From the NCBI GenBank assembly GCA_000004985.1, contig GG738861.1: 64,000 nt of DNA, one strand, 5' to 3'. Under the pieces are notes generated by a model, which saw nothing but the letters and a program-made list of their open reading frames with translations, was not told the origin of the DNA and did not search any database. Numbering within the stretch: position 1 is the first letter of the stretch; each line of letters starts with the position of its first letter. A program made the position numbers and the translations under genes. Positions 10,276-19,786 of the stretch are shown piece after piece. The stretch comes from Naegleria gruberi. Taxonomy: Eukaryota.

Positions 10276-12889
10276 TTACTTTTCTGTGGCCATATAGACT
10301 CCTGTCCAATTTTCAGGAGGCATTGGTAATTCACCACTCATATACATGCAACATCTTGACATCATTTCTTGAGATGGTCCATCATCTGGATACTCTTCAA
10401 GGAATATCTCAAATTCTTTTAGGGCTGTTTTAAAATCTCTCTTCCAATAATGGGTTTCTAGAATGGTTGCATAACGATCACACATTCTTTGTACTTCATC
10501 TCCAATTTCTAATCTTTGACCGACTGGAGAATAGATTCTTCTTCCAATTGCTTTTCCTTTAACAGCAACGCAGTCAATCAGTCTGCAAACAACTAATGTC
10601 TTTACCTTTTCATAACAAGTATCAGAGATAAGCATATTGGTTGAATAGAGCTTGTTAATTCCTTCTAATCTTGCAGCCAAATTCACAGTATCTCCAATGC
10701 AAGTGTATGAATATCTATAACTAGATCCAATATTTCCCACAAGGCAATCACCTAATTACATTTTGAAAGATTAGAACCACTAAATACTTACCAACACTTA
10801 TTCCAATTCTTGTATATAATTGAGGCAAGTTATGCTTGATAAATCTCTTGTTGAGAAGATTTAGCATTTTCTGAATATCAAGAGCTGACTTAACTGCCAA
10901 ATATTCATACTTTTCAATAGTATCTGGAGCATTGAATAGAACCATCAACGCATCACCTATTTTCAAATTATATTTAAATTATAGTATCTTAATAAACATA
11001 CCAATAAATTTGTCCAAAACTCCCTTATTTTTGTAAATGATGGTACAAGTCTTTTCAAAATAAATATTCAACATTTTGATAAGCACACCTGGTTCCAATT
11101 GTTCTGAAATAGTTGTAAATCCCTTAATATCACTGAAAAATATAGCCATTTTCTTGCTCCTTACACCTAGCTCAAAACTTGATTGATCCCCTTTCATAAA
11201 TGTGCTGACAATTTCCACTGGTACATATTTCATAAATCCCTTCATTACAGAGCTCATTCTTGAAAAGTGGTCCTGCAAAACAAAAACTTCATAAAATATA
11301 GAGTTTCTTCCTTGATCCTCAACCTTTTCCAAGTCCATATCTTGTTCTTGATCATTTCTATCAGATTCTGAAGCTCTAGAAGTAACTTCACTAATCAAAT
11401 CAGCGGTATCAATTTGAATATTTTGCAATTCCTCCATTTTCTTTCCCAGTTGTGTTAATGGACTGGTTACAAAATAAGAAATTATAATTCCCACCACCAA
11501 AGAAATAACTACCACCAAAGAATCTACTATTAACACAACATCTCTCAATGTATACACATTTCCCATGTAGTCGTCTATTGCAATGAAAATCATACACTTC
11601 CAATCCAAACCGTACTTGTCTTTAATGTCTACCACCTCTAATCTGTACTCTGCTCCATTGACGTAGAATTTTGTTAATGGAATTGAGACATTTACCAAAG
11701 AAGTTCCATATGTGTGAATCAATTCAGATCCAATCTTGGCAACAGTTGGGATACTACTTTCATTCAATCTCTTTTTTTGAATAAACCCTTCTGCCTCCAA
11801 ATCAAATATAAAAATTGTATCGTTCAATTTGGAAGTGGCAACAATAACCATATCCTTGCTTTGGACAACATAGATAAACGAGTTCTTACTAATTTCTAAA
11901 TTTTGATACAAAAATATAGAAACACTTGCAAGATCCATATCCACTGATATCAATACATTCATTTCAGGCTCCAGTGTTTTGGTGTACTTGTTTAAAACAA
12001 TATTACTTTCATTCTTGATTGGAAAATAGGAACTGACCCAATAAAAACCATCCTTATCACAATAGGCATCCCCCCATGTTATTTTACCTAGTATGTTTCC
12101 CTGCTTCCACCAATACAAATCGTCCAAGTGGTTCACATAATAATTGTCACAATAATCAACTGGATCAGGAACGACATCAGTCCTTGCATCAATACTAGTC
12201 ACCTCATAGGTTCCATTAACCCAACAACCATCTCGATAAACATCTATAGCTGGTAGCCCTCTATCAGACCAAAACAAGCCAATATAAAGGTCATCCTTTC
12301 TAGTATATGACACATATGAGACGTTATTCACCACAAATTGAGCAAAAAGTGTTGAATAAATCTTACTGTACTCGAACGGTACAATTTCCTCATTGTACAA
12401 ACTTCTTCCCACGCTCTCTGTAATTCTGAAAGGAGCTGCCATAAAATTGGAAATAAATTCTGATGCTGAAAATTTTAAATTAGAACCCATCACTTTGGTA
12501 AATTCCTCAATAGACTGTTGTTGTACAGAAAGTGTGATGGCAAAGATGGTGAGTGTTGAAATTAATGATAGCAAAACAATACTAAGGGAAAAGCAGCATT
12601 TGATGGAGAGAATCTTTTTCAAAGATTTTGCTACATCCCTATGATTATCATGAAGCTCCACTTTTACCTCTTCCTTATCAATCTTGGAATCGGCTGTTTT
12701 CAACACTTGATTTTTACTAGTAAATATTTCCTCAACAGAATCCCGCATATTCACTCCATGAGCCAAATGCCCTTGTGAATCCTCTTGACGAGTTCTCTGC
12801 CAGGAGGATCTTGAATTCGTTAAATTTTCCTTCCTTACAACTTCTAGAGATTCATTGGAGGGAGAGGGTGTAATTTTACTCATTCCCAT
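10276..12889 (-). CDS. Receptor-type class III adenylyl/guanylyl cyclase: N-terminal putative extracellular sensor domain, a TM helix, then the cyclase catalytic domain. Three exons: complement(11002..12889, 10792..10956, 10276..10751); micro-introns are 10957..11001 (45 nt) and 10752..10791 (40 nt)
   Basis: Catalytic motifs FSDIKGFTTIS, KFIG|GDALMVLFNAP (split by intron 1), IGISVG|GDCLVGNIGSSYRYSYTCIGDTVNLAARLEG (split by intron 2). GTATGT and GTAAGT donors, AG acceptors, both phase 1. TM segment CCFSLSIVLLSLISTLTIFAITL. The extracellular region resembles a Cache-type sensor; this is weak. Confidence 0.85.
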
Positions 12890-13126
12890 ACTATGTGGTT
12901 ATAATGTTGCCAATTTTTTTGAACTTGTCGCATCTCTCTGCTGCAGACAAGACTCAATCCATGTAATCAATAAGGAGGGCAAAGCTTAATAAAATATTGC
13001 GCTCTTAATTTACGGTGTAGAAAGCAGTTAATCATTGATTCTTTTGTAAACATATAACCACTAAAGTACTATTCATTGTAAAAATGATATTATTAATGTA
13101 TTTTCACTTAATACAAATGAACACTG

Positions 13127-16100
13127 TTGCCAATTGCATCTGAACGGATCATAAAATTTCTTCTGGGATTGTTATGCGTTATTGAACAAAACACTGCTGT
13201 AAAGTGGACTGATTTGGCGCCAAAATTTAAAACTTTTAAAAAGAAAAATGCAAAACTCTTACTAGAACATTATTCATCATCTCTTCAAAGTTATCGTCAT
13301 CAAATTGTAATCAAAATATTATTCTCTTTCTTTGAAATATATAATTGTATAAGAACATATTATATGAATCAAACTAAAAGGCCAGCTAGTGCTGGAGTGA
13401 CCAGAAAGACTTTTGCTCCGGAACCTGTGTTGTTCTATCCTAACTTTAAATCAACTACAGAAATACCTAAAGAACTATCCGATGAGGCAGTTATTAAATA
13501 TAATAGCAGACCAGCATCTGCTAGTTGTGTAAATAGAATTTTCAAAAAGGATAGTATGAAACAGTCCAAAGAAATTGATAAAACTAAGTGCTTCCTAAGA
13601 ATTTCAACATCTCCACTACCCTATGCAAGATCACCCTCTCCCTCACCATCAAGTAAAATTGTGGCAAGTAATAAGAATATAACTAATTCTAGGCCTACAT
13701 CAGCCTCTAGGTCAGCAGTTTCAATAGCCAAGAGCAGCAGTACTTTCAAAATAGGGCTATCAAATGAAAATTTTAGAGAAATAATTGAAAAAAACATGTT
13801 GGAACAAAAGAAAGGGAGACCCCCTTTTCAAAAAACATTTACAACACAACTAGGACAGGAATCAGATGATGAAAATGAAGATAACAAATCTAGACAAGAA
13901 TATAGCGGAGATTTGAAACATAAAAATCCTAGACCAAGATCGGCAGTAGTACAAAGTGCAAGGCCATGGTCTTCATCTACTTCCTCATCAATGCGATATT
14001 CAAAAAAAAGTAGAGTTACTGAAACACCAAGATTTGCTGGAAGTCTACAGAATGAGAAATCAGAGAAACCCATTGTATCTGCATCCCAACCTAAATTTAG
14101 TAGAGTTTCTGAGCTGACCTCCCCTCATGGCCTTTCTCGCACCTCGCTTCCCACATCGGAAAGTATTGAAAAGAAGGTCGCCAATACTCCCAGAAAGTAT
14201 AGTAATCTCAAACCTACACAACAGTACAGCTCCTCATCATCGTTTGATAGTTCTGCTAGTATGAAAAAGTCTACATCTACATCCTCTGTAAAAAATCCCT
14301 CTCAATCCAATACTGCAAGTAATAGAACCACCCCTTGTATTGAAGAAGCTAGCGACTCTGATTCTGAAGAATTGGATATTAAACCATATGAAGTAGACTT
14401 GAGTGAATTGAAAATTGATACTACCAAAAAGAAAGCTGAAGAAAAGAAACCAACCCTATCACGAACAGGAAGCTTTGTTTCCAGTAGAAGCAGTACCCCA
14501 TCGAGTACCCCAACAAACTTTAATGCTACAACGAGTCAATTGAATATAACTGTAGCCCTCAATGAAAAATCCCAACCTAGCTCCAAAACAACGACACCTC
14601 AAAACAAACAAACTCCATCTTCATCCAGTAATAGAAGACAGAGTGTTTTTAAATCATCTGCACAATTCTCATCGGAAACATTCGGCTTAGGGGAGGAGTT
14701 TGAGTCAGCCCTAATGGACTCTACTGCTGTCCTTAAAACCCACATTCTCGCCCTTCCTAAAACTAAAAATCAGTTACAGAGAAGTCCTTCTAGCAAAAAG
14801 ATGGGAATTCATTCCTCACCACAGATTAGAAATGACTTTTTATTGTCTCGAAACAAGTTTAACACAACCAGTTTTGCAAAAGCAGCAGAAAGGCAAAACA
14901 AGGCGTTTACCAATCTGATCAAATCAGATAAGCAGAAAAATAACCAACTTGAGGTGGAAGAAATTCAAGAAACGGTAACCTCCATAAATCTGATGGAAAA
15001 GGAAATTGTCTACTCAACGATAGATATTCCTATCACATTCCATGAAGATGAAAATATACGAATAGATCTTAACATTCCAATAATTGACACTAAGGGAGGC
15101 TCTGATCAAAAACCAAAAGAAAAATTAACAGATTCTAAAACCTTCCAATTCAGTAATATCACAAAATCCATCAATCAAGTTATGGACAGTTGGGGTAATA
15201 ATATTCAAACTAGTCAAGAGAAACAAATATATGATTCAGTTATCAATGATGCTCAGGCCATTGAAAAAATGGCTGATTTAAAACAATCAGTCGAACTCAT
15301 TAGTGGCTACGGATCTAAGGCTGCAATGAAAACTGCAAAGAAAAACAGTGAAGAAATTTCAAGATATATTATAGAACAAAATCCATCGTTTTTTGGTTTC
15401 GAAGTTAGTAAAACTTTTTTGGAAGATTTTACTCAAAAAAAGCAGGTTGAAACAGAAGATGATATCATCAATATAATTAAGAATTTTAAGCAAGATATTA
15501 CACAGACTAAGAATGATACCAAATCTAGTGATTCTGAAGAGGAAGCTCATTTTTCTAAAAAAGCTGCTGAGCACAGACCACTTACACTAGGAAAGGAAAA
15601 GAGACGAAAAATCAACCAAAAGATTCTTGATGAAAGGATTGCAGAAATTAAAAAATACTCTTGGAAGTATACAGAGCTAGAGAATAGAGTAAAGGAAATT
15701 AAGAAGGAGATGAAGGAAAAGGAAAAGAAACTAAATATCCAAGATCATATCAAGTTAAATACTGCCAGGCAATCATTCGAGTCAATACAATCAAAGAAGG
15801 ACTGTGTAAAAGATAAATTCGCAGACAGAAGAGAAAGAGCCCTGGTCACTTTTCAAGAACAAGAGAAGAAACGGTTTGAAATACTTGAAACCAAATTTGA
15901 AGAAAAGGAAAAAAGGAGACAAAATGCAACAAGTGAGAAAATGTCCAAACTTTACAAACAGAAAATGTGGAAACTGCAAAAGACTTGGTTTCCTATTATC
16001 AAATTCTCTCTATTTATTACCCAGCTAAGCGAACCAATGCTCAAAGCAAGACAAGTCAGAAAACACAATGCAGACGTGGAATGGGCCCACTGCATTATGA

Positions 16101-17395
16101 AAAAGAGACTCTTGCCTTACATTCTTAAAAGAAGGGAGCAGAGACAAAAAGCTGCTCTCGAAGTTATTCGTAAAAATTGGCTTATCTATGTCATTAACTT
16201 TAGGGTTAGACGGAGGAAACGTGCTGCCAACCTTATTGAAAGATTTATTAATGACATCAACAAGACGAGTAGAATTGTTAGAGCTGTATCCAGATTCGTT
16301 ACAGCAGTCAAGAGAGTTCAAAGATTTATTAAGCACTTTTTGTTTAAGAGAAGAATACATTTGTACATTCTTAATGAACAGTACAAGCGATGTGAGAGAG
16401 ACCTTATTAAGAGCATAGCTAAGGAAGATTTCCAAGAAGTGAGATTTAAAATTGTTGATGTCTTGAAAAAGATGAAGGAAACAGCATTCTTTGAAGAACC
16501 AGTAAATGCCACAGAAACCAGAGCTATTCAAAGAAAACAAAATGCCTCTCCCACACATAATGCCAACAGTGGATTTTCAGATGATACAAGTGGCGTAAGG
16601 AGAACCAAATTAGCCATTACAGAAGCAAAGAAGAATCTCAAAGCTGTTCAAAAGTTTGTAATGGATGAATTGAGAGACTCCTCTACTTCAAAATCCGAAA
16701 CAAAGAGTAATTCCCCTCGAGGAAGAAAATTCTCATTCCTCTCAACTGTAGATTCCGTCCTCAAAGGAAGTGATAAATGGAACAAGGGATTGGATGATTT
16801 CCCATATTTAATACATATCATAGAACAAGGATCACTGAAAAGTGATATAATTTTAAAAGTTGGTAGAATGTTAAGAATAACTCCAAGAAAGAGAGCAACA
16901 AAGACTAAAGATGAAATTAGAATGAAGATTGTTAGAGAAGATCTTGCACGTAGAATGAATCAAATCCAAGTTGAAGAAAAAGAAAATGAAAAAAGACAAG
17001 AAAGAAATGTTATTGCTCTTAATGAACAAAATAAGAAATTTACAGAAATTCACAAAAGATCTGTACTTAATGCAGACATAACCAACCAAATCATTGCCAA
17101 ACAAATAGACATCATTGAGGAAGAGGAAGAAATTGAAAGAGCAAAAATAGAGCTCCAAAAGAAAAAATCTGTTACTTTCATTCCTGCTTTTTATATGGAA
17201 AATCTAGTTAGAAAAGGTCTTGAACTGACACTTCGAGAAGACAGTGGAAATCCACTAATAGAAACATCCTCAAGATCTCCAAAAAAGAAATCCACTAAGG
17301 TACGATCAAGAAGATCATCTATTAAAGACTCACTCGCAGAAGAAAGAGAGAATGATTTCCTTGAATATGAAAAACTTTTACAAGACCTTCAATAA
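13127..17395 (+). CDS. Large S/T/K-rich low-complexity protein with a C-terminal coiled coil and IQ-like calmodulin-binding motifs. The start is uncertain: the first in-frame codon is TTG and there is no ATG until about 13363
   Basis: 4.2-kb uninterrupted ORF. Basic/hydrophobic IQ-like repeats (AALEVIRKNWLIYVINFRVRRRKRAANLIERFINDI...VKRVQRFIKHFLFKRR). Long E/K-rich coiled coil. Stop TAA at 17393-17395. Confidence 0.5.
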   Translation: MPIASERIIKFLLGLLCVIEQNTAVKWTDLAPKFKTFKKKNAKLLLEHYSSSLQSYRHQIVIKILFSFFEIYNCIRTYYMNQTKRPASAGVTRKTFAPEPVLFYPNFKSTTEIPKELSDEAVIKYNSRPASASCVNRIFKKDSMKQSKEIDKTKCFLRISTSPLPYARSPSPSPSSKIVASNKNITNSRPTSASRSAVSIAKSSSTFKIGLSNENFREIIEKNMLEQKKGRPPFQKTFTTQLGQESDDENEDNKSRQEYSGDLKHKNPRPRSAVVQSARPWSSSTSSSMRYSKKSRVTETPRFAGSLQNEKSEKPIVSASQPKFSRVSELTSPHGLSRTSLPTSESIEKKVANTPRKYSNLKPTQQYSSSSSFDSSASMKKSTSTSSVKNPSQSNTASNRTTPCIEEASDSDSEELDIKPYEVDLSELKIDTTKKKAEEKKPTLSRTGSFVSSRSSTPSSTPTNFNATTSQLNITVALNEKSQPSSKTTTPQNKQTPSSSSNRRQSVFKSSAQFSSETFGLGEEFESALMDSTAVLKTHILALPKTKNQLQRSPSSKKMGIHSSPQIRNDFLLSRNKFNTTSFAKAAERQNKAFTNLIKSDKQKNNQLEVEEIQETVTSINLMEKEIVYSTIDIPITFHEDENIRIDLNIPIIDTKGGSDQKPKEKLTDSKTFQFSNITKSINQVMDSWGNNIQTSQEKQIYDSVINDAQAIEKMADLKQSVELISGYGSKAAMKTAKKNSEEISRYIIEQNPSFFGFEVSKTFLEDFTQKKQVETEDDIINIIKNFKQDITQTKNDTKSSDSEEEAHFSKKAAEHRPLTLGKEKRRKINQKILDERIAEIKKYSWKYTELENRVKEIKKEMKEKEKKLNIQDHIKLNTARQSFESIQSKKDCVKDKFADRRERALVTFQEQEKKRFEILETKFEEKEKRRQNATSEKMSKLYKQKMWKLQKTWFPIIKFSLFITQLSEPMLKARQVRKHNADVEWAHCIMKKRLLPYILKRREQRQKAALEVIRKNWLIYVINFRVRRRKRAANLIERFINDINKTSRIVRAVSRFVTAVKRVQRFIKHFLFKRRIHLYILNEQYKRCERDLIKSIAKEDFQEVRFKIVDVLKKMKETAFFEEPVNATETRAIQRKQNASPTHNANSGFSDDTSGVRRTKLAITEAKKNLKAVQKFVMDELRDSSTSKSETKSNSPRGRKFSFLSTVDSVLKGSDKWNKGLDDFPYLIHIIEQGSLKSDIILKVGRMLRITPRKRATKTKDEIRMKIVREDLARRMNQIQVEEKENEKRQERNVIALNEQNKKFTEIHKRSVLNADITNQIIAKQIDIIEEEEEIERAKIELQKKKSVTFIPAFYMENLVRKGLELTLREDSGNPLIETSSRSPKKKSTKVRSRRSSIKDSLAEERENDFLEYEKLLQDLQ

Positions 17396-17707
17396 AGAAC
17401 TACCAGTTTTCAAAAAGATTCTCGACTTGATATTTTCCACAAAATGTCAACTGAGTCAGAAATGAGTTTTAGATTGTTCTCAGTTGAAGATTCCCTCATC
17501 TCATAGTCTCTATTATTTAAACTTTACAATTTAATATTACGTTTCAACCACACAATATAGGAATGTAAAGTTTTTGTGGATAATGCTTAAATGTCAACAG
17601 ACATGTGAACTCGTCACCCACAAAACTTTGGAAAATATTATTTAAAAAAATCTCAAATTTCTTCGTGCCATTTCTTCCCCACCAATTAACAATACAACCA
17701 CATCATC

Positions 17708-19778
17708 ATGAAGAAGGTTCGTTTATTTTCATAATCCACAACAATGATGTATTCTGGAAATTATAGTTTTTCAGCTCTCGTGCCTCCAAATCAGTAAATA
17801 TTGAAGATGTACCATTAAAGAATTGGACTAGCGATAACTTTAAACAATGGCTCACCGATGAAGGCTATGAAAAGAAGAATGTTGTTACACGTATGTTTTT
17901 ATCTATTTTACATTGTCTCTAAATCATAAATGGACACTTTGAATCATCATGTGGTGATGAATAACTTACCGATCATCAATTTGTGTGATGATGTTTGATG
18001 AATAATAACAACAACATAATGAAATACAAATGTCGTGATATTAACAATTAACAATTAACAACAACAACAACATTTGAAAAAACAATTTTATTATTATTAT
18101 TATATTATTTAATATATATTTACATACGCTTGGTTTATTATTATTATTATTATACAATTAAAACAGCACTGGCCAAACAACAATTTGATGGTGCTGCACT
18201 GATGCACATCAAAGTGGAAGATTTTACTGATAGTGGTATTCCTAAAGGAAGTGCACTCTCAATCTTTAACAAAATTGAAGAGTTAAAGATCAAACAAATT
18301 CAAACAGGACTTCTCCAAGATTCCGTTGTACAATTACCATCCATGGCTACCACATCAACAACTGGCCAACCACAAACAAATAGACCACTCCCAACAACTC
18401 CAACCACAAATGCTCCTTCTTCAAAACCACCATCCTATGATGATGATGAAGTTGGAGATTCTCCAGTCGATCCAAATAGCAAATATAATGAAATTCTTTC
18501 TAAACCAAATCAAAAGACAGATGAAGAAGAGGAAGATGATAAAGAACTTGCACGTGATTTGGAAGATCGTCCAACAACAGGTATCAATATGGGTACTACA
18601 TCAGGAGCAAGTAATTTTGGAAGTAAGAGTGCTTCAACTGGTATTCAATCATTTAATCAAGTACCTGAAGCACCATTGTGGAGTATTAACGAATTTTCTG
18701 CTAATCAAAAGACAAGTAAGTTTCAAAATTGAAATATTATTGGTTGACTAGTGACGTAGACTTTGAATTCTGTCTCACCAAGTTGGATAATCTGAAAGCA
18801 CAATATGATACTAACATTATTAGTACTATTTGTCAAAATTTGACCTTCCCAGAAAGATTCCGTTACAAGTATCTTAATCCACAACGTTTGCCAATCTATG
18901 CAAATCAAAGAGCAAAGGATCAACCATTTATGAAGGTTAAGATGGTTGTCACTGAAATGGGTGACGGTGCTGCTCACCGTTTCGTCAGAAGATTCGGCTC
19001 TTTATTCAAGCACTCAACAATTCAACAAATGGAATACGGAATGTTCCACACTGCTTTAATTATTGGACCTTGGTATTTGGAATGGGGTGATTCATCTATT
19101 GCCGTTGTTAGAAGTAAATCTAGTTCCAAGGCTGTTTTTGCAGTTGATGTTGCTAAGGTTATGGGATTGGAAAATGTTGCTAAATCTATTGATAAGATTG
19201 CTTCTATTTGTGCTCACTGGAATGCTCACAAGACTTATGATAACAAGGCCTGTAACTGTCAACACTTTGTCAGTGCTGTTCTTGAATATCTTGGCCTCAG
19301 AGCTGAATTTGAAAAGAATATTAAGGGTCCATTGCGTGTATACATGGATCGTCTGAAGAATGATGGTGTCTGTGATATGAGATATCATCTCGAACCAACT
19401 ATTCAAGATGCCATTATTAACAGCGATTGTAGTGAAGAATTGAAAAAGTTCGTGGCAGGTAAATCAGTTACTTTCAAGACTCACAAAATGTTGGACGAAT
19501 TTGTACATACTATTCAAAAGTGCAAACCACTCTACTTTGATGCCAATGGTAAATATGATTACATGTTACTCAAGTCATTCGATAGAGCTTTCTGGTTGCG
19601 TGCTCAATCATCGAAGGAGGCCGAAAATCCAGATGTTAAACCTTGGACTGCTGATAATGGTGATTGTTTGTGTCCTTTCAATGGAAGTGTTGATACAGAA
19701 ATTAATAACAGTATTGTTGGTAAGGATTACGAAGTCGAAGATGTAAGAATTCCACTCCCAGTCTTTAGAAAGAAATAA
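17708..19778 (+). CDS. SAM-domain + PPPDE/DeSI-like permuted papain-fold peptidase fusion protein. Four exons: 17708..17716, 17767..17890, 18167..18715, 18760..19778
   Basis: Exon 1 is ATGAAGAAG, then a GTTCGT donor. The SAM domain is split across exons 2 and 3 (WTSDNFKQWLTDEGYEKKNVVT|P|LAKQQFDGAALMHIKVEDFTDSGIPKGSALSIFNKIEELK). Intron 2 is 17891..18166 (GTATGT...AACAG). Intron 3 is 18716..18759 (GTAAGT...GTAG, 44 nt, phase 1). It joins in frame to the downstream ORF, which otherwise lacks an ATG. PPPDE signature: MFHTALIIGPWYLEWGDSSI ... YDNKACNCQHFVSAVLEYLGL (compare DeSI-1 GIWHTSIVV ... EHNCNTFSNEVAQFLTG). Confidence 0.7.
18044..18152. repeat. Microsatellite-rich intron segment: (AACAATT)2, (CAA)5, (TTA)5, (TTA)6
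   Basis: acaattaacaattaacaacaacaacaac at 18044-18072. (TTA)5 at 18088-18102. (TTA)6 at 18135-18152. All lie inside the 276-nt intron 17891..18166. The poly-Y start of track ORF 18130 is an artefact of TAT repeats. Confidence 0.85.
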
Positions 19779-19786
19779 ATTATTTA

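Noticed and set aside
18130-18732. Track ORF 18130 starting MVYYYYYYTIKT as an independent gene
   Set aside because: The poly-Tyr comes from the (TTA)n intron microsatellite. The real exon starts at 18167 after an AACAG acceptor and belongs to the SAM-PPPDE gene.
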